DNA of 64,000 nucleotides from Phycisphaerales bacterium. Its GTDB lineage: Bacteria > Planctomycetota > Phycisphaerae > WQYP01. This document shows, piece after piece, positions 38,176 to 47,192 of this stretch. The position numbers and the translations under genes are program-made. The notes below the pieces were generated by a model, which had not been told where the DNA came from, made no database searches, and saw nothing but the letters and a program-made list of their open reading frames with translations. The stretch's first letter is position 1. Each line of letters begins with the position of its first letter. The DNA lies in contig DAIDJN010000063.1 of NCBI GenBank assembly GCA_027451365.1, forward strand, positions 24,125 through 88,124, given 5' to 3'.

Positions 38176-39045
38176 TTATTTGCGATCGCGCACCGCGAAG
38201 CGAACCGCGGCGGTAAATACCAGCACCAGAGTGACGAGAGCCAGCACGCCGGTCCAGGCCTGATGCCGCCAGGAAAGCTCCGCGGATTGCGAATATTGCC
38301 AGATTTTCAATGTCAGCGATGGATAAGGCTGATTGGGGTCATACACGGCCTGATCATTGCCCAGCGCCGTAAAAAGCAACGGCGCGGTTTCACCGGCCAC
38401 ACGGGCAATCGCCAGCATAATGCCGGTGGCGATGCCGGCTTTGGCCGCCGGCAGAATAACCAGCATTAGCGTTTGGGCCTGTGAAGCCCCCAGTCCAGCG
38501 GAGGCTTCCCGATGGGGGTGTGGCACAAGACGCAGCATTTCCTCGGTGGCTCTGGCAATAATCGGCACCATGATAAACGCCAGCGCCAGTGCCCCGGACC
38601 AGCCGGACTGATGATGCATGGGTACCACCACAAGCTGCCAGGCAATCACCCCAAGAAGAATCGTTGGCGTGCCAGCCAGCAGATCAATCACCAGGCGGGC
38701 CGCATGGGTGAACAAACCTTTTCCAGCATATTCGGCCAGATAAATTCCGCACAACATGCCCAATGGAACGCCCAGTACACTGGCCAGCATAACCAGAATC
38801 ACCGTGCCAATAATGCAGTTGCGCATCCCTTCCGGAGACTGCAACGGCAGATTGGTAAAAAACGCCGGGGTGATATATTCGAATCCGCGAATACCTATAT
38901 ACGACAGCACCACAAACAGCACCGCCAAAGCCAGCCCCGTGGATATGATGCAAAGCGCCGCCACGCCGCGGCTTATCCAGCGGCGGCCGGGCCGGCGGCC
39001 GGCGAAAGGATTGCTCAAATCTGTTGGCGTTGCGGTCTGATTCAT
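38176..39045 (-). CDS. pstA: Phosphate ABC transporter permease
   Basis: ARVAGETAPLLFTALGN is the PstA EAA-loop region, with 6 TM helices. The start is at the internal ATG (MNQTATPTDL) with AGGAAAG upstream. Confidence 0.85.
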   Translation of the reverse strand: MNQTATPTDLSNPFAGRRPGRRWISRGVAALCIISTGLALAVLFVVLSYIGIRGFEYITPAFFTNLPLQSPEGMRNCIIGTVILVMLASVLGVPLGMLCGIYLAEYAGKGLFTHAARLVIDLLAGTPTILLGVIAWQLVVVPMHHQSGWSGALALAFIMVPIIARATEEMLRLVPHPHREASAGLGASQAQTLMLVILPAAKAGIATGIMLAIARVAGETAPLLFTALGNDQAVYDPNQPYPSLTLKIWQYSQSAELSWRHQAWTGVLALVTLVLVFTAAVRFAVRDRK

Positions 39046-39076
39046 GCGCGGTCTTTCCTGAAGTTCAGTTACATTT

Positions 39077-40111
39077 TCAGTGGGTGCCTTTGCCGCCGCT
39101 GATTCGGGACAAAAGCAGCCTCGCCGAGACATTGGTCAGCAACGAACTGACCATTAAAACCAATGCGACATAGAACATGGCGCTTAAATAAATCGGATGG
39201 TCGGCTTCCATAAATTCATTGGCAAGCACGCCCGACATGGATTGTCCGCCGGCGAAAAGACTCGCGCTGATCGAATCGGTATTCCCAATGACCATAATAA
39301 CCGCCATCGTTTCACCGATTGCCCGAGCCATGCCCAGCATGACGGCACCGAAAATTCCGGCCCGGCAATAGCCCAGCGCCAGGCGAGTGGTTTGCCACCA
39401 GGTCGCCCCAAGGCCATAAGCGCCCTGCTCCAGTTCCGCGGGAAACTGCCGCAGAACATCGCGCGTGATCGCCGTGATAATAGGAAGAACCATAATGGTC
39501 AGAATCAGACCGCCGGCGAGAAAATCACTGCCTGAAGGACCACCGCGAACCAGATTGGCCGGAAAAAATTCGATACGTCCACTCGGATATTTTCCCACGG
39601 GAAAGAGTTTAATGTGTCTTAACACAGCGTAAATCGCCGGTTCCAGGTAGTTCTGCAGCCACGGGGACATCACAAAACAGCCCCACAATCCGTAGGCAAT
39701 GCTGGGAATTGCGGCCAGAAGTTCCACCAGGAACGAAACCGGCCCGGCCAGCCACCGGGGTGAAAGTCTGGTAATAAAAATGGCCACGCCTAGGCTCAAG
39801 GGCACACCAAACACAAGTGCCAGCAGCGTTGTAATTCCCGTACCGTACATAAACGCCAGTACGCCGTATTGGTCGCGTCCCGGAACCGGGTTCCATGCCT
39901 GTGTGGTGAAAAAATGCCAGCCGATTCGCCCCAATGCCAGCCAGGAGCCATGAATAAGGACGACAAAAATGGTCAGCAGAATGGCCATGGTCAGCAGCAC
40001 GCCGCCCAGCGCCAGCCCGTACACAGCCCGATCCAGCCATTTCCGCCAGCCGTTCTGCGGCGCATATGCGAAAGTCTGTTCAACTGGTTCCGAGCCTGTC
40101 GTTCCAGTCAT
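39077..40111 (-). CDS. pstC: Phosphate ABC transporter permease
   Basis: MARAIGETMAVIMVIGN is the PstC EAA motif, in a multi-TM protein. The start is at the internal ATG (MTGTTGSEPVEQ). Confidence 0.8.
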   Translation of the reverse strand: MTGTTGSEPVEQTFAYAPQNGWRKWLDRAVYGLALGGVLLTMAILLTIFVVLIHGSWLALGRIGWHFFTTQAWNPVPGRDQYGVLAFMYGTGITTLLALVFGVPLSLGVAIFITRLSPRWLAGPVSFLVELLAAIPSIAYGLWGCFVMSPWLQNYLEPAIYAVLRHIKLFPVGKYPSGRIEFFPANLVRGGPSGSDFLAGGLILTIMVLPIITAITRDVLRQFPAELEQGAYGLGATWWQTTRLALGYCRAGIFGAVMLGMARAIGETMAVIMVIGNTDSISASLFAGGQSMSGVLANEFMEADHPIYLSAMFYVALVLMVSSLLTNVSARLLLSRISGGKGTH

Positions 40112-40306
40112 GTCAATTCTGGCCACGCGGATTCCCTTACGAAACCGGACCGCCAGGTTTGCCCCGGCGGTGAAATAAACAAAAGGAGTCCCCGGCCTTA
40201 TTCTGGTTCCGGGGACTCCCATGAGGTCTTATCTGCGGCGGGTATCTGCCACACTGGCGATGCAATTCGACCAGCCGACAAACCCAACCGCCGTTCACCT
40301 GAACAA

Positions 40307-41368
40307 TCAGTCGATGGCCTGACCCTTCCAGGTTACCTTGGCCAGTTCAGCCAGCACTTTGCGCCGCATTTTGCCGCCGAGCTTGATGTACTGCATGCTC
40401 TTGGCATATTTCTGACCTTTGGTCAGAACCCAGTGGACGAATTCCACCGTGGCTTTGGCTTTGGCCTTGCTCATGTAGCCCAGATCTCGGTCGATAATCA
40501 GGTAGGTAAATCCTGAAATCGGATACGCCTTGGCACCGGTCGGATTGATGATCGGCAGACGAAAGTCCGCGGGCAGATTGGCCACAACGGCCTTTTGTGC
40601 GGCAATGACCGAGGGGATGGACGGACGAATTTTGTAACCTTCACGATTGATCAGCGTCGCAGTGGGGAAATGACCGAGAATGGCATAAGCATATTCAAGA
40701 TAGCCCAGGCCGCCAACAGTCTTTTCGATGAGCGCCGCAACGCCCGGATTGCCTTTGCCGCCGCGGCCTACCGGCCACTGCACGGATGTGGATTGACCAA
40801 CCTGCGTTTTCCACCCCTTGCTGACCTTGCAGAGGTAACCGGTGAAGATGTAAGTGGTGCCTGAGCCATCCGAACGATGGGCGACAAGAATGTGCAGATT
40901 CGGAAGTTTAACGCCAGGATTGAGCTTGGCAATTTCCGGCGAATTCCAGCGGGTCACCTTGCCCAGATAAATGTCGGCAATCAGTTTGCCATCCATTACC
41001 AGCGGCTTGTGGATCATCGGAAGGTTATAGCTCATGACTTCCGGACCGGCCACCTCCGGCAGATGCAGAACATGGCCGCCGGCCGAACTGATCTGGGAAT
41101 TGGTCATGGCCGCGTCTGAACCGCAGAAATTAATGGTTTTGTTGATCAGACCGTTAATACCGCCGCCCGAACCGATCGGCTGATAATCCACCTTGATATT
41201 TGGATGCGAGGCCATGAACGCGGGAATCCATTTTTTCAGCATGATCGGCGCGACAAAAGTCGAACCGGCACCCTGAATTTCCACCGCCCGGGCGGTGGAA
41301 GCCATCGCCACCCCGGCGAGGGCCGCAAGAGTCGCGGCCAATAAACCACTACGAAGTTTTTGGAACAT
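40307..41368 (-). CDS. pstS: Phosphate-binding protein
   Basis: Signal peptide MFQKLRSGLLAATLAALAGVAMASTARA, plus GAGSTFVAPI and SDGSGTTYIFT, which are PstS phosphate-binding motifs. Confidence 0.9.
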   Translation of the reverse strand: MFQKLRSGLLAATLAALAGVAMASTARAVEIQGAGSTFVAPIMLKKWIPAFMASHPNIKVDYQPIGSGGGINGLINKTINFCGSDAAMTNSQISSAGGHVLHLPEVAGPEVMSYNLPMIHKPLVMDGKLIADIYLGKVTRWNSPEIAKLNPGVKLPNLHILVAHRSDGSGTTYIFTGYLCKVSKGWKTQVGQSTSVQWPVGRGGKGNPGVAALIEKTVGGLGYLEYAYAILGHFPTATLINREGYKIRPSIPSVIAAQKAVVANLPADFRLPIINPTGAKAYPISGFTYLIIDRDLGYMSKAKAKATVEFVHWVLTKGQKYAKSMQYIKLGGKMRRKVLAELAKVTWKGQAID

Positions 41369-41412
41369 AACAATGTCCTTTTCAACAATTCACCTTTGCC
41401 AGCCGGAACTCC

Positions 41413-41435
41413 CCGGACAGGCCAACAGGTGACAC
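41413..41435 (-). promoter_or_regulatory. Pho-box-like repeated CTGT(C/T) half-sites upstream of pstS (speculative)
   Basis: The minus-strand reading GTGTCACCTGTTGGCCTGTCCGG contains three TGTC/CTGT repeats 45-67 nt upstream of the pstS ATG. The spacing does not match the canonical 11-bp PhoB periodicity. Confidence 0.2.
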
Positions 41436-41677
41436 TTATTCTTCATAGGGATTAGACCCGAGTTGCGCTAAGCGGATATTAACTGATTGATAATCTTTGA
41501 TTTGGCCCGCAATGAGATCTGTATCGCGGCGGGCACATTATGCGCTGGCGGGGCGGATACACGCGAACCTGCAGCCGGGCCTGCTGGCGATTTCAATTTC
41601 CGACAGCTTGAGTCGCAAGCCGCGCAGGCAGAATGGATTGCGGGCGGATTGGGCGCGGCTTCCTGGCCGCTTTGGCC

Positions 41678-42778
41678 TTATAAAGCGCGATCGGCGCGGG
41701 CGATGATCTGATCTATTGACCATTCGTTATTATCTATATATATAATTCCGACGCTGGCGGTGGGTTGAAAATCAGGGCATACGTCCATTGCGCGAACGGC
41801 AAATTCAGCGCGAAAGCTTTCGGTCATGGCCACCGCCTGGGCCTGATCAATATCCGTCAGAACAACGGCAAATTCGTCGCCGCCCATGCGCCCGATTGAA
41901 TCCCCGCCGCGCAGCTGCATTTCCACCGCGCGGGCCAGGCATCGCAGCAGAGAGTCTCCGGCGGCGTGGCCGAAACTGTCATTGAAAAGCTTCAGATAAT
42001 CCATATCAATCAACACAAGCGCGGTGGTGCCGCCCTGGCCATGTCGCAATGCCCGCCAAAGCGCCGCGCGGATACCGCGCCGGTTAAGCACCTGGGTCAG
42101 TTCATCGCAACAGGCGTCATGCAGCAGAATGCCGCGCATCCGTTCCGCGGTCATCCCCATCAGACTTAAATTCCAGACAAGTGCAACCACCACTGACGGC
42201 AACAGCATAACTCCCAGATGACTTTCCGGCTGCATCACAATGCGCGCATGAAGGATGAATGCCCCCAATACGCCGCGCAAACCAATCATCACGGCAATGC
42301 CGATGGCCAGTATGCCGGCCATGCGGGCCCAATATAGCCCTTTATTTCGACCCGCGTTAAGTAGAATCCATGCCGTGGCAACCACCATGACATCCGATAT
42401 GGCGGATACCAGCAAAAGCCGGCCGGCAATGTGCCCGCTGATCGGCGTTGCAAATTTCAGCAATAAAAATAAAACAGTCGCCGCCCCCACCGGAAATAAT
42501 AAGTTTGAACGCAGGCCCGTAAACCGCCGACATCCATTCCAGCAGAATCCCCAGGCCAGTACTATCAGGGTGTTTGACGCCGGAATGGCCAGCGATTCAG
42601 GTATGCGGCCATAAAGCGAAAATAGAATCACGGCTGTGGCCGCGGAAACGTTGCCCAATCCCCAGTCCAGAAACCAGGCTTCGCGGCGGCAAACGGCGTA
42701 AAATCCGAATTGCGCAATGCCCAGCACCAAGAAAATTAACGTAAGAACCATAAAAATTGTGCGTGGATCAATATCCAT
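41678..42778 (-). CDS. Membrane-bound diguanylate cyclase (multi-TM sensor + GGDEF)
   Basis: Six or more TM helices and then a GGDEF domain with intact RMGGDEF and DELTQVLNRR. The start is at the internal ATG (MDIDPRTIFMVL) with AGGAAG upstream. Confidence 0.85.
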   Translation of the reverse strand: MDIDPRTIFMVLTLIFLVLGIAQFGFYAVCRREAWFLDWGLGNVSAATAVILFSLYGRIPESLAIPASNTLIVLAWGFCWNGCRRFTGLRSNLLFPVGAATVLFLLLKFATPISGHIAGRLLLVSAISDVMVVATAWILLNAGRNKGLYWARMAGILAIGIAVMIGLRGVLGAFILHARIVMQPESHLGVMLLPSVVVALVWNLSLMGMTAERMRGILLHDACCDELTQVLNRRGIRAALWRALRHGQGGTTALVLIDMDYLKLFNDSFGHAAGDSLLRCLARAVEMQLRGGDSIGRMGGDEFAVVLTDIDQAQAVAMTESFRAEFAVRAMDVCPDFQPTASVGIIYIDNNEWSIDQIIARADRAL

Positions 42779-43118
42779 CGGGCAGCTTCCTGTGTTATTG
42801 GCACCACAACGATTATTCACCGTCGTCTGCGCAATAGTGCGGCAATACAGGATGGCGAGACCTGACTGGCCGCTTTCAAGCTGTTTTATCGACAAAAATG
42901 GATCGCGTATGGGAGACTTTTACCGAACATGGATGGAACATTATTGGAACAGGGCTTGTTGCAGACGCAGTTGACCGGAAAGCGGTCTAGGGCCAGTGTC
43001 CGACCGATAATCAAAGGCCCCCGGGCGCAACGCGACCAAAGATTGAAGCTATCGATATCCCCAGTGCCCCGCTTTTGCGACGCCCGACAGACACAGAGGC
43101 CGACGGACGCAGGTGGAA

Positions 43119-43967
43119 TCAGCCGAATTGGCCGGTCACATAAGCCAGCGTCTGCTGGTGATCGGGCTTGTGAAATAATTTATCGGTCGGTCCGGATTCT
43201 ATCAGTCGCCCCATATAGAAAAACGCGGTCTGGTGGGCCACCCGAACCGCCTGATGCATGTTATGGGTCACAATGACAATCGTAACGGATTTGCTTAACT
43301 CATTAATCAGCGATTCAATGGTTTTCGTGGCAATGGGATCCAGCGCGGAACATGGCTCATCCATCAGAAGCACATCCGGGTCCGCCGCAATGGCACGGGC
43401 AATGCAGAGTCGCTGCTGCTGCCCGCCGGACAGGGAAAGGGCCGATGCGTGCAGGCGGTCTTTTACCTCATCCCACAAGCCGGCGGACCGCAACGATTTT
43501 TCAACTTTCTGTCCGATGACAGATTTTCCGCCAACGCCATGTATCCGCAGCGGATAGGCCACATTTTCAAAAATGCTTTTCGGAAACGGATTGGGCTTTT
43601 GAAATACCATGCCGGTCCGCTTGCGCAGTTCCATGACATCGGTCCGGCGATCGTAAATATCGGCTCCATGAATTTTAATGCTGCCGCGCACCTGACAATT
43701 CCGAACCAGATCATTCATGCGGTTGAAACAGCGCAAAATTGTGGACTTTCCACAACCTGACGGGCCGATGAACGCCGTTACTTCGCCATGATTGATGGTC
43801 AGGCACAGGTCATGTACCGCGTGCCCTTTGCCATAATGCACATTCAGGTTTTCCACCTCTATGGCACTTCTCGCATTTTGCTTGCCGGCCGCGGGCAGGC
43901 TGGGTGCCGAACCACTGACATGCCGATGGCTGATGAAATGTGAATCTGTTGTAACGGGCGGTGTCAT
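43119..43967 (-). CDS. pstB: Phosphate ABC transporter ATP-binding protein
   Basis: GPSGCGKST (Walker A), [14 protein letters not shown] (ABC signature), [11 protein letters not shown] (Walker B), and the PstB-typical N-terminus ...[13 protein letters not shown]. The start is moved to the internal ATG with GGAGGAAC upstream. Confidence 0.9.
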   Translation of the reverse strand: MTPPVTTDSHFISHRHVSGSAPSLPAAGKQNARSAIEVENLNVHYGKGHAVHDLCLTINHGEVTAFIGPSGCGKSTILRCFNRMNDLVRNCQVRGSIKIHGADIYDRRTDVMELRKRTGMVFQKPNPFPKSIFENVAYPLRIHGVGGKSVIGQKVEKSLRSAGLWDEVKDRLHASALSLSGGQQQRLCIARAIAADPDVLLMDEPCSALDPIATKTIESLINELSKSVTIVIVTHNMHQAVRVAHQTAFFYMGRLIESGPTDKLFHKPDHQQTLAYVTGQFG

Positions 43968-44189
43968 AAGGTGTTCCTCCGGTTGCTCTTTCTTTCGCTC
44001 CCCAAAAACAGGGCCGGCGGGGTGCCGGGAGGAACTTCCTCGCCAGCGTTGCAAAGGTCTGCCAAAGGGCCAATTGCCAACCCACTTCAAGTATGACGAG
44101 GCAATATTAAGAGGCAAGCATTTTCGCCTTAAAAACCCGGGCTTAGCGCAACATTATCCGTCCATTTTCCATTTCTTAGCGCCGAGCTA

Positions 44190-44335
44190 ACATTGCAACC
44201 GCCGCACGAAATGGGGTACCTGGGGCGACGATTAATCTTGGCGTGGCATTTGAATATGGTGGAGCTAATCCAAAAAGCCTTCGGAAGGCGGCTTTCTGGT
44301 ATGGCCAGGCGGCGAACGCCGGTGACAGGATATGA
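44190..44335 (+). pseudogene. Sel1-repeat gene remnant (no start codon; bounded by stops)
   Basis: A frame without Met reads ...GVPGATINLGVAFEYGGANPKSLRKAAFWYGQAANAGDRI*, a Sel1/TPR-like unit, bounded upstream by TAG. It sits in a 1.1 kb stretch with no convincing ORF. Confidence 0.3.
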
Positions 44336-45229
44336 CGTGATTGATTGAGATTTGTTTTGGGACACGGCACGGGCCGATTTGCCGCGGCTAAGTGCGTCGC
44401 TAAAAAATATTTCGGAGCTGCGATAAAACGAGCTAAACGGGGACGCAACCGGTGTTGGCCGACCATGGTTGCACGTTTTTACCCCGAATGCGACCAAGAA
44501 AATGATCCACTTCGGAATAGCTTGAGAAGAAACGCTCGTCTGATTGCAGCGGACGAAATGCTTTTGGAACGCGTGCTTGCCAGCCAAAGCCACCGGCGGC
44601 AGAATTGTGGTGCGGACATCCTGTCTGCCCGTCGCCACCGCGATACCTCCATTTCCTCCAATACTTCCTGTGTGAATTTCAACCATCGAAAATCCGCTGT
44701 TAATCGCGTTGTGTCTTCGTGCCAGTGCCGCCGCGCTACATCTGGCAGCCGCTCTTCCATATCCGCCGCTGCTGGCGGTCGATCTTCTGATAGGCCTGAT
44801 AGCCTTCGGGGTGAATAGCCCGCAGGTCACCCTCTAGTGCGTAACACCGCGCCCGATTATGATTCAGTTCCCACTTGCGTTTGCCTTGCTGTTTAAGAGA
44901 AAATAATTAAAACACCTGGTCAGATTACGGTATTGCAACGTGCGGAGGGCCTGATCGGCGACCACGTTTGCGACCAGTTGTTTGCGATGATGTGCATTTC
45001 GCCATCCACGGTGAAATGAGGCATACCACCAATTACCCGAACTCGCCAGTGCCCTTATTGTGAATATTTACCGCGGAGCGGTAAACAGTTACCCAAACCA
45101 GTTGTTAAATATTGTGGACGGGCATAAATCCGGGCGGTCCGGGTATGACGAGATGGCTTGGGAAACTTAATTCTTCGGGCGGTAAGTGGGGTATAATAGA
45201 CTGCAAGAGTTGTTTTGAGGTGTGTCCGC

Positions 45230-46372
45230 ATGCGCTACAAATATGGTGAATTCAATGGTCAGGACTTTCCCACGCCGGATTCCCTTTTTGACCATGACCA
45301 GATTTTTGATTTTATTCTGGCCTATGGAGAAAACGCGCTTGAGGCATTAAATAATCTGGCGCCGGCCGACGCAAAAATTCTGGAACAACTGATACAGGAT
45401 GGACTGCTGGACAAGGCGGGCGGGCGATTTCATCTGACGCCGCGGGCGGTGAACGCCATGCAGCGCAAGGCTCTTATGGAAATTTTTGCCCATCTGCCGC
45501 GCGGTTCGCGCGACGGGCATCCGACAACCAATGCGGGTGCCGGCGCCGAGCGCCTGGAGGGCACCAAACACTACGAGTTTGGCGACCCGATCAGTGAATT
45601 GGACCTGACGCAGTCCATGCGAAATGCGCTGGCGCGGAATGCGGCGGGGGGCATTCCGCCGCAACTGCCGGTTGATTTTTCCGAGCAGGACCTTGAACTG
45701 CACCTTGTGGAAGGAACCACAAGCTGTTCGCTCTGCATCCTGCTGGACATGTCGGGCAGCATGATGCGGCATGGCCGATTTCTGGCGGCTAAGAAAGTGG
45801 CAATGGGACTTTCCGCGCTGGTTCGGCAGCGCTTCCCACAGGACACGGTGGATGTGGTGGGCTTTTACAGCACTGCGGCGGTTATACCGGAAATGCGGCT
45901 TCCGCTGCTGATGCCTAAGCCGGTTTCCACGCATGAATATTCAATTGAAGTGCATATTCCGCTGAGCCAGGCGGCAAAAACCCACCAGCATTTCACAAAT
46001 TTGCAGATGGGCATGCAGATGGGGCGCCGAATTCTGGCGCGGCGCGGCGGCCAGCAGAAACTTATGTTTATTATTACCGATGGTCAGCCCACCGCACACG
46101 TGACGGGCGACACCCTTCATCTGGTGTATCCGCCGCGAAGGGAAACCGCTCTGGCCACACTTAGCGAAGCACTTTCGTGTAGCCGCGCGGGCATTCGCGT
46201 GGCAAGCTTTGCATTGATAGAAGATTACTGGGGCATGGACTGGGTGGAATTCATGGACCAGTTGACACGGCTTTGCCGGGGTGTGGCGTTTTACTGTTCA
46301 TCAGGCGACCTGGCCAGTTGTCTGATGGAAAGCTATTTAAGCGGGAAAAAGGCGAAGACTTATATTGCGTGA
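45230..46372 (+). CDS. von Willebrand factor A (VWA) domain protein, orphan (no adjacent AAA+ partner)
   Basis: CILLDMSGSMMRHGRF is the DxSGS MIDAS motif; ...MFIITDGQPT is the MIDAS Thr/Asp. GAGGTG is 7 nt upstream of the ATG at 45230. The ORF-track start is a TTG. Confidence 0.75.
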   Translation: MRYKYGEFNGQDFPTPDSLFDHDQIFDFILAYGENALEALNNLAPADAKILEQLIQDGLLDKAGGRFHLTPRAVNAMQRKALMEIFAHLPRGSRDGHPTTNAGAGAERLEGTKHYEFGDPISELDLTQSMRNALARNAAGGIPPQLPVDFSEQDLELHLVEGTTSCSLCILLDMSGSMMRHGRFLAAKKVAMGLSALVRQRFPQDTVDVVGFYSTAAVIPEMRLPLLMPKPVSTHEYSIEVHIPLSQAAKTHQHFTNLQMGMQMGRRILARRGGQQKLMFIITDGQPTAHVTGDTLHLVYPPRRETALATLSEALSCSRAGIRVASFALIEDYWGMDWVEFMDQLTRLCRGVAFYCSSGDLASCLMESYLSGKKAKTYIA

Positions 46373-46429
46373 ATCTGTGGGAGTTGCGCCGAAAATCGGT
46401 CGGGTCCATATTATCGATTATCGGTGGTG

Positions 46430-47020
46430 TCAGGCTGGCCATGTGCGAAATTCCTCCAGCAAAGCGGGAAGGCGTTTAAGTCCGCGATTCTGCGCGAGTC
46501 GCACATAGTGATACATGCTGCGGCGGTAGTGCCGGGTAACGCGGGCATCCACCGGAATGCCCCAGGCGCGCATCTGCCGAAACGCCCATTGCCAGACATG
46601 AAATTCTTCCAGACATCGCGGTCGGAATTTGCGGAACCCGATGGCGTGGTGGCCGACTTCATGAAGAAAAATGCACGCGCTGACCGCGGACCGTGGCCGT
46701 GGCGAGGAAATCATGCGTTTAATATCTCCATTGCTGTAGCGTAATTCGTAGGCGACGCCGCTCATGCGCTTGCGCCATTTGCGAATGGATATGCCGTGGG
46801 TCTGTTTCATGTGTTCCACCATTGCGTCATAAAACCGCCGTCGCTGGGGGGTGGGCATACGGGAAACCGGAAGACGGTCCGAGGGGATACCGGGTGGCGA
46901 GTCGTGAAACTGAAGACTTTTGGTGGTTTGGGCTGCGGCGATATTGCATTCGTCGGACTGACACTTGGACAGGGCCGTGAATTGCGCGATGGGATCGGAG
47001 GTTATATTGAGTATGTCCAT
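46430..47020 (-). CDS. Putative zinc metallopeptidase (HExxH; ImmA/IrrE- or DUF45/SprT-like)
   Basis: ACIFLHEVGHHAIGF HExxH motif in a protein of about 195 aa. AAGGA is 5 nt upstream of the ATG at 47020. Confidence 0.5.
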   Translation of the reverse strand: MDILNITSDPIAQFTALSKCQSDECNIAAAQTTKSLQFHDSPPGIPSDRLPVSRMPTPQRRRFYDAMVEHMKQTHGISIRKWRKRMSGVAYELRYSNGDIKRMISSPRPRSAVSACIFLHEVGHHAIGFRKFRPRCLEEFHVWQWAFRQMRAWGIPVDARVTRHYRRSMYHYVRLAQNRGLKRLPALLEEFRTWPA

Positions 47021-47192
47021 AGAGTCCTTCGAATTGTTGCAATTGTGAATCATAGCCGTCTTCAGGTTCCGCCCACCGGCATTCGCATCATCAGTTTCCG
47101 CTCGCGTTCCGGGCGTCGCCCATTATTATCGGCAGATTGGCCGGTAAACATGCGGAATCTTTTGGCGGGAAAATGAAGAGTTCCCCGGCGCA

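Noticed and set aside
44129-44830. 233-aa minus ORF and 157-aa plus ORF (44345..44818) in the pstB-VWA interval
   Set aside because: Both have Ser/Arg-rich random-looking translations, no motifs and no RBS. The region is better explained as a decayed, non-coding stretch with a Sel1 fragment.
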